Position numbers and translations under genes: made by a program
Part shown: in pieces, positions 47,565 to 56,857 of the stretch
Numbering within the stretch: position 1 is the stretch's first letter
Layout: each line of letters begins with the position of its first letter
The notes under the pieces: model-generated
The model's database searches: none
Seen by the model: the letters and a program-made list of their open reading frames with translations, nothing else
Told to the model about the DNA's origin: nothing
Source: an uncultured Phascolarctobacterium sp.
Lineage (GTDB): Bacteria > Bacillota > Negativicutes > Acidaminococcales > Acidaminococcaceae
NCBI GenBank assembly: GCA_900757795.1
Contig: CAAEPE010000045.1
Span: 33,062-97,061 of the forward strand
Direction: 5' to 3'
DNA: 64,000 bases

Positions 47565-50500
47565 TTATTTAAAGTAATTTACACCACTTTGGAAGATTTT
47601 TTGATCCTTATCGCCGGTAATATTGCGGAACAATCCGGGCGCAAAGCGTTCGCTGTGTCCCATTTTACCCAAAATACGTCCATCGGGACTGGTAATACCT
47701 TCAATAGCATACAAGCTACCATTAGGATTGTAAGGCGTATTCATAGTAGGAATACCTTGCGCGTTTACATATTGGGTTGCTACCTGACCGTTAGCGAACA
47801 GCTCTTTAATCACTGCTTCCGGCGCATAGAAGCGGCCTTCGCCGTGAGAAACTGCCACAGCATGCTCCTCGCCCGGCTGGCATAAAGTGAACCAAGGAGA
47901 TTTATTAGAAACAACTCTCGTAGTAACTATTTGAGAAATGTGGCGGCCAATATTATTAAAAGTTAAGGTTGGCGAATCACTAATTAAATCGCGAATTTCA
48001 CCGTACGGTACTAAGCCAAGCTTAATCAGTGCTTGGAAGCCGTTGCAGATACCCAGCATTAAGCCGTCACGATTTTCTAACAAATCGCTGATAGCTTCTT
48101 TAATACGCGGATTACGGAACATCGTAGCAATAAATTTACCGCTGCCGTCCGGTTCGTCGCCTGCGCTGAAACCGCCGGGAATCATTACGATTTGTGAATT
48201 GTTAATATATTTAACCATTGCTTCTACGGATTCTTCAATAGCAGCAGCGGTCAAGTTGCGTACAATAAAGGTATTGGCTTCCGCACCAGCTGCCTCAAAG
48301 GCGCGAGCGCTGTCATATTCGCAATTGTTACCAGGGAAAACAGGAATGAATACTCGTGGTTTAGCAATATTTACGGGTGCTGTCAAAGACAAATCAGCTT
48401 TGTAAAGAGGCATGTCAATGTCCGTAGGCTCTTCTACCTCAGGCAGGCTGTCTGGGAAAATTTTTTGCAAAGGCTCACGGTAAGCATGCAAAGCCTTATC
48501 GGCAGCAATTACAGTATCATTGATAGCAATACCTTTTATAGCGGTAGTATGACCCAATACTAAATAATCTAAGCCTGCAAAAATTTCTTCTGGATCAGTG
48601 TCGGCAGCTAGCTCTAATACCATGCCGCTAGGCTGTAAAGTAAAGAGACTTTCAGGATCGTGGAAAGGTTTAATAAACTCAAAGCCAAGTTCGTTGCCCA
48701 TAGCCATAGTGGTTACTAAAGCAGCAATACCGCCCTCTTTAACAGCAGCAGCAGCTTTAATTTTACCAGCTTCCATAGCATTATGTACAGCGGACAAATT
48801 TTTGCGCAATACAGCAAAATCCAAAACTTCGGCATTATCACGGGGGCAGGACAGGAAAATTACTTCGTTACCTGCTTCTTTAAATTCAGCGCTGACTGCT
48901 TTATCGCCGTCAATTACTCCCACAGCGAAAGAAACTAAGGTCGGTGGAACGGTTTTATCCATAAATGTGCCGCTCATAGAGTCTTTACCGCCAATCGCAG
49001 GCAGTTCCAGTGCATCCAATGCAGTAAAAGCACCTAAAAGAGCGCTGAAGGGCTGTCCCCAGCTATTAGCATCGTGAAGTTTAGGGAAGTATTCCTGCAA
49101 AGTCAAACGCAATTTAGCAGGATCTGCGCCTAAAGCTACCGCTCTTACAACAGATTCGGTTACAGCATACATGGCTCCATGGAACGGACTCCAGCAGGCA
49201 ACGTTAGGATTGTATCCGCAGGCCATTACGGAAGCGGCAGTAGTATTACCGTGTAATACAGGAATTCTGCCTACCATACCCTCACTGGGTGTAAGCTGCG
49301 TTTTGCCGCCAAAAGGCATCATAACAGTGCCGCGGCCGATGGTGCTGTCAAAACGTTCGGACAAGCCTTTTTCACTGCAAACATTCAAACGGCTCAGATT
49401 TGCCAGCCAAGCAGCCTCTAAATCGGCAGCGTCAGTAACTTCTGCCGGAACTTGTTCAAACACATTGTCTGCGTCTTCTTCACTTACAGTAACGTTAGTG
49501 TGCTGAGCAACACCGTTGGTATCTAAGAAAGCACGGGAAAGGTCAACGATTTTATCACCGCGCCAGAACATTACTAAACGTGGTTCTTCAGTAACCTCAG
49601 CTACTACAGTAGCTTCCAAATTTTCTTCATCAGCATATTTTATGAAAGCGTCGCGGTTTTCTGCTTCAATAACTACTGCCATACGTTCTTGGGATTCGGA
49701 AATGGCAAGCTCCGTACCGTCCAAGCCTTCATATTTTTTAGGAACTTTATCCAAGTCAATAATTAAACCGTCTGTTAATTCGCCAATAGCAACAGAAACA
49801 CCGCCTGCGCCAAAGTCATTACAACGTTTAATCATGGCTGTTACAGCAGGGTTGCGGAACAAGCGTTGAATTTTGCGTTCGGTAGGCGGATTGCCCTTTT
49901 GTACCTCAGCACCACAGCTCATCAGTGAGTCAATGGTATGCTCTTTAGAAGAACCGGTTGCACCGCCGCAGCCGTCGCGTCCGGTTTTGCCACCTAACAG
50001 CACTACAATGTCACCGGCACTAGGACGCTCACGCCGTACAGCACTGCGAGGAGCTGCACCCATAACACCGCCGATTTCCATGCGTTTTGCTACAAATTTA
50101 TCGTGATAATATTCCTGAACATGACCAGTTGCCAAGCCAATCTGATTGCCATAAGAGCTGTAGCCTGCTGCTGCGCCGATGGTAATTTTACGTTGTGGCA
50201 GCTTGCCAGGCAGAGTTTCGCTTACAGGAGTACGCGGATCTGCACAGCCGGTTACGCGCATAGCTTGATATACATAGGATCGGCCGGACAGCGGGTCGCG
50301 GATAGCACCGCCTAAGCAGGTAGCTGCACCGCCGAAAGGTTCGATTTCGGTAGGATGGTTATGCGTTTCGTTTTTAAACATCACAAGCCAATCCTCATTT
50401 TTGCCATCTATTTCAATAGGTACAACAATGGAGCAGGCATTGATTTCTTCGGATTGATCCAAATCCTCCAGCTTACCCTCTTTACGCAGCTTTTTCATGC

Positions 50501-51341
50501 CGATAACAGCAATGTCCATCAAGGTTATAGGACGATCGGTATTTTCGCCGTACACCTCGTCACGGGCAGCCATGTATTTATCATATGCTTCCTGAACAGG
50601 CTTAGTGAAAGTACCGGGAACAATGTCCACATCTTCGATTTGCGTCATAAATGTAGTATGACGGCAGTGGTCGGACCAATAAGTATCCAGTACACGAATT
50701 TCTGTAATAGTCGGTTCGCGGTGTTCCTCATTAAAATATTTTTGGCACCAAAGCAAATCCTCCAGGCTCATAGCTAAGCCCATGGATTTACGCAGTTCTT
50801 CTGCTTCTTCTTTGGTCATGGTCAAAAAGCCGCTGACATTTTTAACCTTTTCCGGTTCTTCACAAGTGCTGATGAGTGTTTCCGGCTTAGCTTGTTCTGC
50901 TTCTCTTGCTTCAATAGGGTTAATGCAATAGGCTTTAATTTTTGCTACGTCTTCTTCAGTTAACTTGCCTGCGAGAATATAAACCTTAGCGGCAGCTACC
51001 ATAGGACGCTCTTTTTGCGTAATAAGCTGAATACATTGTTCGGCAAAATCCTCGCGCTGGTCATATTGACCTGGCAGCAGTTCTACCGCAAAGGCCTGCT
51101 CACAACTAGCTAACTCCAAGTTTTCCTCCACTACTGTATCAACAGGAGGTTCAGAAAGCACCAAAGCCTTAGCCATAGCAAATTCTTCATCGCTTAGGCC
51201 CATCACATCATAACGATTAATGATGCGAATATTTTCCAAAGTAGCCATACCCAAATTATTGCGTAAATCTGCCAGCAAACCATGAGCTTCAACGGCAAAG
51301 GCATCCTTTTTTTCTACATAAATTCTTCTGATATTATTCAT
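47565..51341 (-). CDS. purL: Phosphoribosylformylglycinamidine synthase, single-chain large form
   Basis: 1258 aa. N-terminal and linker domains, two PurM-like FGAM synthetase repeats and a C-terminal class I glutaminase (GICNGFQ catalytic Cys). GGAGG RBS. The likely start is MNNIRR (51341). Confidence 0.9.
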   Translation of the reverse strand: MNNIRRIYVEKKDAFAVEAHGLLADLRNNLGMATLENIRIINRYDVMGLSDEEFAMAKALVLSEPPVDTVVEENLELASCEQAFAVELLPGQYDQREDFAEQCIQLITQKERPMVAAAKVYILAGKLTEEDVAKIKAYCINPIEAREAEQAKPETLISTCEEPEKVKNVSGFLTMTKEEAEELRKSMGLAMSLEDLLWCQKYFNEEHREPTITEIRVLDTYWSDHCRHTTFMTQIEDVDIVPGTFTKPVQEAYDKYMAARDEVYGENTDRPITLMDIAVIGMKKLRKEGKLEDLDQSEEINACSIVVPIEIDGKNEDWLVMFKNETHNHPTEIEPFGGAATCLGGAIRDPLSGRSYVYQAMRVTGCADPRTPVSETLPGKLPQRKITIGAAAGYSSYGNQIGLATGHVQEYYHDKFVAKRMEIGGVMGAAPRSAVRRERPSAGDIVVLLGGKTGRDGCGGATGSSKEHTIDSLMSCGAEVQKGNPPTERKIQRLFRNPAVTAMIKRCNDFGAGGVSVAIGELTDGLIIDLDKVPKKYEGLDGTELAISESQERMAVVIEAENRDAFIKYADEENLEATVVAEVTEEPRLVMFWRGDKIVDLSRAFLDTNGVAQHTNVTVSEEDADNVFEQVPAEVTDAADLEAAWLANLSRLNVCSEKGLSERFDSTIGRGTVMMPFGGKTQLTPSEGMVGRIPVLHGNTTAASVMACGYNPNVACWSPFHGAMYAVTESVVRAVALGADPAKLRLTLQEYFPKLHDANSWGQPFSALLGAFTALDALELPAIGGKDSMSGTFMDKTVPPTLVSFAVGVIDGDKAVSAEFKEAGNEVIFLSCPRDNAEVLDFAVLRKNLSAVHNAMEAGKIKAAAAVKEGGIAALVTTMAMGNELGFEFIKPFHDPESLFTLQPSGMVLELAADTDPEEIFAGLDYLVLGHTTAIKGIAINDTVIAADKALHAYREPLQKIFPDSLPEVEEPTDIDMPLYKADLSLTAPVNIAKPRVFIPVFPGNNCEYDSARAFEAAGAEANTFIVRNLTAAAIEESVEAMVKYINNSQIVMIPGGFSAGDEPDGSGKFIATMFRNPRIKEAISDLLENRDGLMLGICNGFQALIKLGLVPYGEIRDLISDSPTLTFNNIGRHISQIVTTRVVSNKSPWFTLCQPGEEHAVAVSHGEGRFYAPEAVIKELFANGQVATQYVNAQGIPTMNTPYNPNGSLYAIEGITSPDGRILGKMGHSERFAPGLFRNITGDKDQKIFQSGVNYFK

Positions 51342-51394
51342 ATACACAGCCTCCAATCTAATATTTCGAGGTGATTACATACAGTTTCGTATAT

Positions 51395-51423
51395 ATTTTA
51401 ACACATTTCACCTATTTGTCCAA
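51395..51423 (-). promoter_or_regulatory. Promoter of purL
   Basis: On the minus strand: TTGGAC, 17-nt spacer, TAAAAT, about 50 nt upstream of the purL start. Confidence 0.5.
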
Positions 51424-51485
51424 TATCCCTACACAGAATATTCGCCTTTAATCGAACGCTTTTTGTAAAGTGGGCAAGAATAATT

Positions 51486-51523
51486 CGTAAAAAAAGCTGT
51501 GCCCTCTCAAGGAGAACACAGCT
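51486..51523 (-). terminator. Terminator after the CGGC-domain gene (end of the dap/lys operon)
   Basis: Stem AGCTGTG/CACAGCT followed on the minus strand by TTTTTTT. Confidence 0.5.
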
Positions 51524-51531
51524 CGTAAATT

Positions 51532-51933
51532 TTAAAATTGCTGATAAACACCGGCTTCTCTTTTTTTCGCAGCAGTTTTGGAAATATACGTTCCGCGCAC
51601 TACTGTAAAGCCTTTTTTTGCCAATAAATTTTCAATATATTCCAAATGCGGACAAGGCGCTTTATGATAATTGTCACTGACCATACAGGTTGATAAATGA
51701 ATTATTACTTCAAAGCCATCCTCTTGAAAACGGCGTAATCTTTTACGCAAATTTTCCAGCTTTACAGAAAGTCCGGCGCCGCAGCAGCCACCGCAAGTAA
51801 AAGACATATAGCGAGTGTCTGCTTCATAATCGGCAAACTTGCCATCTTTGCTGTAAAAAGCATGAGTACAGTTATAACCACAGCAGCGTTTTTGTACTTG
51901 CTCACATTGGATAATTACAACCAGCTTGCTCAT
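51532..51933 (-). CDS. CGGC-domain protein
   Basis: 133 aa with CGGC-type cysteine motifs (CCGYNC, TCGGCCGAG, STC). Overlaps the dapA stop by 4 nt, so it is co-transcribed. Confidence 0.6.
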   Translation of the reverse strand: MSKLVVIIQCEQVQKRCCGYNCTHAFYSKDGKFADYEADTRYMSFTCGGCCGAGLSVKLENLRKRLRRFQEDGFEVIIHLSTCMVSDNYHKAPCPHLEYIENLLAKKGFTVVRGTYISKTAAKKREAGVYQQF

Positions 51934-52826
51934 TTCATCATACCGTATTCTTTAAGAATAGCATCCAATTTAGCTTCACAATCAGCGCACAAGGGAGTCA
52001 GCGGCAAACGAGGAGAGCCTACATTGATGCCGGTAACCTTGGTAACGGCAGCCTTAATAGGAATAGGATTACTTTCCATAAACATTGCCTTAGCAAGCGG
52101 TACCATTTTTTTATTCAGCTCTGCTGCATCTTGAACGCGTCCTTCACTGTATGCCTGCATAACATCCTGCAAAATTTGGCCGTTACAGTTAGCTAATACG
52201 GAAATCAAGCCAACTGCGCCTACTGACATAAATGGCAGAATCAAACCATCATCACCGCTGTAAATAGAAATTCTTTCTGGCAGCACTCTATATAAATCTG
52301 CTGTTTGAGCAACACTGCCAGCAGCCTCTTTAATAGCCACGATATTATCAAATTCTTGAGCTAAGCGAGCAACTGTCGCCGGAGCAATATTAGAGCCGGT
52401 ACGACCAGGAACATTATAGACAATAATTGGCAGCTTGGTAGCTTTTGCCACAGCAGCAAAATGCTGATAATAACCTTCTTGAGTAGGTTTATTATAATAA
52501 GGACCAACTACCAACAAGCCATCCACGCCGCAAGCTTCCATTTTTTTTACCAGCTCAATAGTGCTGGCAGTGCAGTTGGTACCAGCACCGGCAACAATAG
52601 GAGCACGGCCGTTGATATGCTTGACAATTGTTTTCATGAATTTAATTTTTTCGTCCATATCCATGGTCGCAGCTTCGCCGGTAGAACCTTCAATTACCAG
52701 GCCATCAGTACCGTTTGCTAAAAGCCAATCTGCCAATTGGCAGCCTGCTTCATAATTTACACTGCCATCTGCGTTAAAAGGAGTAACCATCGCAGTTAAT
52801 AATCTACCAAAATACGGTCTTGTCAT
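51930..52826 (-). CDS. dapA: 4-hydroxy-tetrahydrodipicolinate synthase
   Basis: DapA motifs (AMVTPF, GSTGE, the region around the Schiff-base Lys). The likely start is ATG 52826 with a GAGGTGG RBS. Confidence 0.85.
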   Translation of the reverse strand: MTRPYFGRLLTAMVTPFNADGSVNYEAGCQLADWLLANGTDGLVIEGSTGEAATMDMDEKIKFMKTIVKHINGRAPIVAGAGTNCTASTIELVKKMEACGVDGLLVVGPYYNKPTQEGYYQHFAAVAKATKLPIIVYNVPGRTGSNIAPATVARLAQEFDNIVAIKEAAGSVAQTADLYRVLPERISIYSGDDGLILPFMSVGAVGLISVLANCNGQILQDVMQAYSEGRVQDAAELNKKMVPLAKAMFMESNPIPIKAAVTKVTGINVGSPRLPLTPLCADCEAKLDAILKEYGMMK

Positions 52827-52868
52827 AAAAATTTTCCACCTCATTCTACTGATATATAACAAATGCTT

Positions 52869-54089
52869 TTAAAGTTTAAAAGCTTCATGCAGAGCGATAC
52901 AAGCCTCTACCATGCACTCCTCTTTGATAATTGCAGAAATAGTTGTATCGGAGTCAACAGTCTGCAAAATAGAAATATTTTTTTCAGCCAAAGCAGAAAC
53001 AAATCTTGCCATAACGCCAGGAACACCACGCATACCGCTGCCGACAACAGTTACCTTTGCACACTTGTCATTGCACTGATAGCTGAAGCCAGTTTCTTCT
53101 AAAACCTTGCGGGTATGCTCCATATCCGGCGTAAATACGGCAAACATGGCTTCCTTTTCCGAAAGGTTCAAGCAGCCTACGCTGATGCCGGCATCTGCCA
53201 AATCCTCAAACAGCTTGCGGCCTGCTGCAAGGTCTTGTGGATTGAGTGCAATGCGGAACTGTACTAAATCTGTACGGTTGGCTACACCGCTGGCAATGCT
53301 TTCGTGAATAGCAACCTCACTGCCTTTGGAGCGAGCGGAGCAGCCGCTGGCAATAAGTGTGCCGGGAGCATCGCTGAACGTAGATTTTACATACAAAGGC
53401 GTATTGCTTTCCATAGCAATTTCTACGGCGCGGGGATGAATAACCTTCGCACCGTTGTAAGCCATTTGGCAGACCTCGGCATAAGAAATCTGTTCCAAAA
53501 TATTGGCGCCTTTTACCAAACGCGGGTCGGCAGTCATAATGCCCTCCACGTCAGTATAAATTTCTACACATTCAGCTTTCAAAGCTGCGCCCAAAGCTGC
53601 TGCAGAAGTATCACTGCCTCCGCGGCCCAAGGTAGTAAATTTAAAATTATTTTCTGTCATCCCTTGGAAACCGCATACTACAGGAACTATCCCCGCCTCC
53701 AACATACGCATAAGATAAGAAACCTTAATGTTTTTAATACGCGCTGCGCCAAATTGGGAGTCGGTAATAATGCCGGCCTGACCGCCGGTCATGGCCATAG
53801 CGTTGATACCATCTTTCTGTAAGGTAGCAGCCATAACACAGGAAGAAATAATTTCACCGCAGCACATCAGCAAATCCATTTCCCTAACATTTACGGAAAG
53901 GTTTACTTGCTTTAATGTATCAATCAAGGTGTCAGTAGCGTAAGGAGCACCCTTGCGTCCCATAGCAGAAACTACTACTACCGGCGAAAAACCGTTGTTA
54001 ATAGCTTGCTGCACCTTGTTTTTTACGGCAAGACGCGCTTCTTCACTGGCTACTGAGGTGCCGCCAAATTTTTGTACAATTATTTTCAT
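52869..54089 (-). CDS. lysC: Aspartate kinase
   Basis: KFGGTSV N-terminus, the amino-acid kinase domain and two C-terminal ACT domains. Confidence 0.85.
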   Translation of the reverse strand: MKIIVQKFGGTSVASEEARLAVKNKVQQAINNGFSPVVVVSAMGRKGAPYATDTLIDTLKQVNLSVNVREMDLLMCCGEIISSCVMAATLQKDGINAMAMTGGQAGIITDSQFGAARIKNIKVSYLMRMLEAGIVPVVCGFQGMTENNFKFTTLGRGGSDTSAAALGAALKAECVEIYTDVEGIMTADPRLVKGANILEQISYAEVCQMAYNGAKVIHPRAVEIAMESNTPLYVKSTFSDAPGTLIASGCSARSKGSEVAIHESIASGVANRTDLVQFRIALNPQDLAAGRKLFEDLADAGISVGCLNLSEKEAMFAVFTPDMEHTRKVLEETGFSYQCNDKCAKVTVVGSGMRGVPGVMARFVSALAEKNISILQTVDSDTTISAIIKEECMVEACIALHEAFKL

Positions 54090-54104
54090 TTTAACAAGCC
54101 TCCA

Positions 54105-55136
54105 TTATATCCAGCCGTTGTTAATCATAACTTCTGCAATCTGCAAAGTATTTAAGGCAGCTCCCTTGCGAATTTGGTCACCAACTACCCACAAGTTAAA
54201 GGTATTAGGATTAGATTCGTCGCGGCGCAGACGGCCTACAAAGCAATCATATTTTTCAGAGGTGTATAAGGGCATGGGATAAACTTGATTTTGCGGATCA
54301 TCCATCATCTGCACGCCAGGGAATGCATCAATAGCTTCAGCCATTTCTGCTAAATCAAGATCGTGCTCAAATTCGATATTGATGGACTCGCTATGGCTGC
54401 GGTAAACAGGAACACGCACGGTAGTAGCTGTAATACGCATTTCATCATCATGCAGAATTTTTTTAGTTTCGTTGACCATTTTCATTTCTTCTTTAGTATA
54501 GAGATTATCAAGGAAAACGTCAATCTGCGGAATCAAGTTAAAAGCGATAGGATAATGCTTTGCCAAAGATGCAGAAGGCAGAATATGTGCTTCCATTTCG
54601 CGCCCTTCAGCATAAGCTTTAGTTTGGTCGGTAAGCTCATCAATCCCCTCTTTACCGGCACCGGAAACTGCTTGATAAGTAGAAACAACTATGCGTTTGA
54701 TGCGAGCCATATCGTACAAAGGCTTCAACGCCATTACCATAATAATAGTAGAGCAGTTAGGATTAGCAATAATGCCTTTATGCTTCAAAATATCTTCGGG
54801 ATTTACTTCCGGGACAACCAGCGGAACTTCCGGGTCCATACGGAAGGTGCTGGAGTTATCAATAACAACAGCGCCGGCTTTTACAGCATAGGGAGCAAAT
54901 TCTTTGGAAATACTGCCGCCTGCAAACAAAGCAATATCAATTCCGGCAAAGGAATCCTTGGTAGCCTCTTCTACTGTATATGTTTTGCCCATAAATTCAA
55001 TTTGATTGCCTGCACTGCGTTTGGAAGCCAATAAACGCAGCTCTGCAAACGGGAAGTTACGTTCTTCTATAAGCTTTAAAAATTCTGTACCTACTGCACC
55101 GGTAGCGCCTAAAATTGCAACGTTATATTTTTTCAT
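54105..55136 (-). CDS. asd: Aspartate-semialdehyde dehydrogenase
   Basis: VAILGATGAVG Rossmann N-terminus and the active-site Cys region (NPNCSTI). Confidence 0.85.
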   Translation of the reverse strand: MKKYNVAILGATGAVGTEFLKLIEERNFPFAELRLLASKRSAGNQIEFMGKTYTVEEATKDSFAGIDIALFAGGSISKEFAPYAVKAGAVVIDNSSTFRMDPEVPLVVPEVNPEDILKHKGIIANPNCSTIIMVMALKPLYDMARIKRIVVSTYQAVSGAGKEGIDELTDQTKAYAEGREMEAHILPSASLAKHYPIAFNLIPQIDVFLDNLYTKEEMKMVNETKKILHDDEMRITATTVRVPVYRSHSESINIEFEHDLDLAEMAEAIDAFPGVQMMDDPQNQVYPMPLYTSEKYDCFVGRLRRDESNPNTFNLWVVGDQIRKGAALNTLQIAEVMINNGWI

Positions 55137-55156
55137 AAACCTTCCCCTCCGTCTAA

Positions 55157-55933
55157 TTATAATAATTTATCCAAACCATAAACTAAACCGGTTTTATCCA
55201 TAATTTTACGACAGCCTAAGGCTACTCCCGGCATATAGCATTCGCGGCTTACAGGATCGGTACTGATATGCAAAGTCTCACCCTGTCCGCCAAATATAAC
55301 TTCTTGGGAAGCAACGTAGCCCGGCAGACGAATGCTATGAATTTTCATGCCTTCGTAATCTGCGCCGCGGGCTCCAACCATAGTTTCACGTTCCTCCGGA
55401 TGTCCTTGGTGCATAGCCTTGCGTACCTCCGCAATTTTCTGCGCGGTAATAATCGCAGTACCGGAGGGTGCGTCCAGCTTGTTATCATGATGCTTTTCGA
55501 TAATTTCTACATTAGGGAAATATTTTGCGGCCTCGCAAGCCAGCTTTATCATTACAACTGCGCCCAAAGCAAAATTAGGAGCAATCAAAACAGAAGTATT
55601 GTTGGCGCGGGCCAGTTCGTCAACCTCTTGCAGATTTTCGTCGGTAAAGCCTGTAGTGCCGACTACCGCATGCACGCCCAAGGGCAGCATTTTGCGCAGG
55701 ATGTCCATAACAACATTGGGACGGGTAAAATCAACTACTACGTCGGGACAAGAATTTTTTATGGCATGGACTAAATCAGTGTCAATGCCAAAAACAACAC
55801 CGTCCGGCAAATTAACTGCACCGTCTTTGCAGTCAACTACATTTACCAATTCCAAATCAGGTTCTGCCCAAACCTTTTTGCAGACCTCGCCGCCCATGCG
55901 TCCTAAAGCGCCGTTTACCAATACACGAATCAT
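55157..55933 (-). CDS. dapB: 4-hydroxy-tetrahydrodipicolinate reductase
   Basis: IRVLVNGALGRMG N-terminus and a HHxxKxDxPSGTA motif (EKHHDNKLDAPSGTA). AAGGAG RBS 8 nt before ATG 55933. Confidence 0.85.
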   Translation of the reverse strand: MIRVLVNGALGRMGGEVCKKVWAEPDLELVNVVDCKDGAVNLPDGVVFGIDTDLVHAIKNSCPDVVVDFTRPNVVMDILRKMLPLGVHAVVGTTGFTDENLQEVDELARANNTSVLIAPNFALGAVVMIKLACEAAKYFPNVEIIEKHHDNKLDAPSGTAIITAQKIAEVRKAMHQGHPEERETMVGARGADYEGMKIHSIRLPGYVASQEVIFGGQGETLHISTDPVSRECYMPGVALGCRKIMDKTGLVYGLDKLL

Positions 55934-55960
55934 AAAATTCACTCCTTATTCTGCTTCATC

Positions 55961-56000
55961 AATTGCACATATTAAAAGAAAAACCGTCGAGATGTAGTCT
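55961..56000 (-). terminator. Transcription attenuator/terminator that forms the expression platform of the lysine riboswitch
   Basis: On the minus strand: CCGUUGAGAU...AUCUCGACGG hairpin followed by UUUUUCUUUU, between the aptamer and the dapB start. Confidence 0.6.
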
Positions 56001-56040
56001 ATCTCAACGGTTAGCATGCTATAAAGCAATTACAAGCATA

Positions 56041-56205
56041 CCCGAGATAGCCCTCCGCTGATTTTTTCAGCGACAGTCCGGCAGCTTTCACTGACGGCCC
56101 AGCACAATAGCACGGCTGCTGTTGCACTTCGGCGTTAGCCCTTTCGCCTGCTTCTAAGCTCCCGCTCCACAAGTTACTTTTGCTTTCCGCGCCTCTATCT
56201 AATGG
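56041..56205 (-). ncRNA. Lysine riboswitch (L-box) aptamer controlling dapB-asd-lysC-dapA
   Basis: The reverse complement begins AGATAGAGGCGCGGAAAG... and contains ...GGGAG..., ...GCCGAAG... and ...TGGGCCG... elements, ending ...GGAGGGCTATCTCGGG. This matches the conserved L-box P1 ends and core blocks. GC-rich with no ORF. Confidence 0.8.
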
Positions 56206-56221
56206 TTGTTCATTAGCAAAA

Positions 56222-56250
56222 ATTATATTATGCAGATTAGACTTTGTCAA
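56222..56250 (-). promoter_or_regulatory. Consensus promoter driving the lysine riboswitch and dap operon
   Basis: On the minus strand: TTGACA, 17-nt spacer, TATAAT, about 8 nt before the start of the aptamer. Confidence 0.6.
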
Positions 56251-56349
56251 ATAAAATCTTAGAAATTTTTTTAATTGAAATGGTATGTAAACATTTTACA
56301 AAAATCTATCTTTGCATATCTAAGCATATTTGATTTTAGCTTGCAATTT

Positions 56350-56802
56350 TTATTTTCCTGTGCTGCCGAAACCGCCGCCGCGTACTGCTTTTGCTACTTT
56401 TTCGTCGCCATCCGCAGTCAGATAATTATAAAAAATTCCCTGCGCTACCCGTTCGCCCTGCGGTAAGGTTACTTCTTCCTCCCCCATATTTAACAGCGCC
56501 AGCATAATATGACCTTCGTTGTCAGGATTGTTATAATAATCGGCGTCAATAATGCCTACGTTATTGACCAGCATCAGATGTTTTTTTACTGCCATGGAGC
56601 TGCGGATGTGCATACCCAGCCACTCGCCGGGCTGCATATAAGCCTTGATACCTGTAGGCACCAGTTTAAGCTTTCCCGGCTCCAAAGTTACTGCTTCCGG
56701 CAGACAGAAATCATAGCCTGCGCTTAATTCTGTTTTGCGTTCCGGCATAGGAAAATCTATTTGAGCATATTGAGAAATTTTTTCAAAGCCACGAATTTTC
56801 AT
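56350..56802 (-). CDS. dut: dUTP diphosphatase
   Basis: dUTPase motifs (SAGYDF, GIIDADY, the RGGGFGSTG C-terminal motif V). ATG 56802 with an AAGGAG RBS. Confidence 0.8.
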   Translation of the reverse strand: MKIRGFEKISQYAQIDFPMPERKTELSAGYDFCLPEAVTLEPGKLKLVPTGIKAYMQPGEWLGMHIRSSMAVKKHLMLVNNVGIIDADYYNNPDNEGHIMLALLNMGEEEVTLPQGERVAQGIFYNYLTADGDEKVAKAVRGGGFGSTGK

Positions 56803-56857
56803 TTTTACTGCTCCTTTTATAAAAAAGGCTCCCCTAGCTTGGGGAGCCATATAGTTT

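Noticed and set aside
51342-51394. Purine riboswitch or PurBox in the purL leader
   Set aside because: The 5' UTR is only about 50 nt, too short for a purine or ZTP aptamer. The nearest PurBox-like string (AAAGGCGAATATT) matches the consensus at only 10 of 13 positions.
56011-56250. 79-aa minus-strand ORF upstream of dapB
   Set aside because: It lies entirely within the lysine riboswitch aptamer and attenuator. The GC-rich structured RNA explains the open frame.
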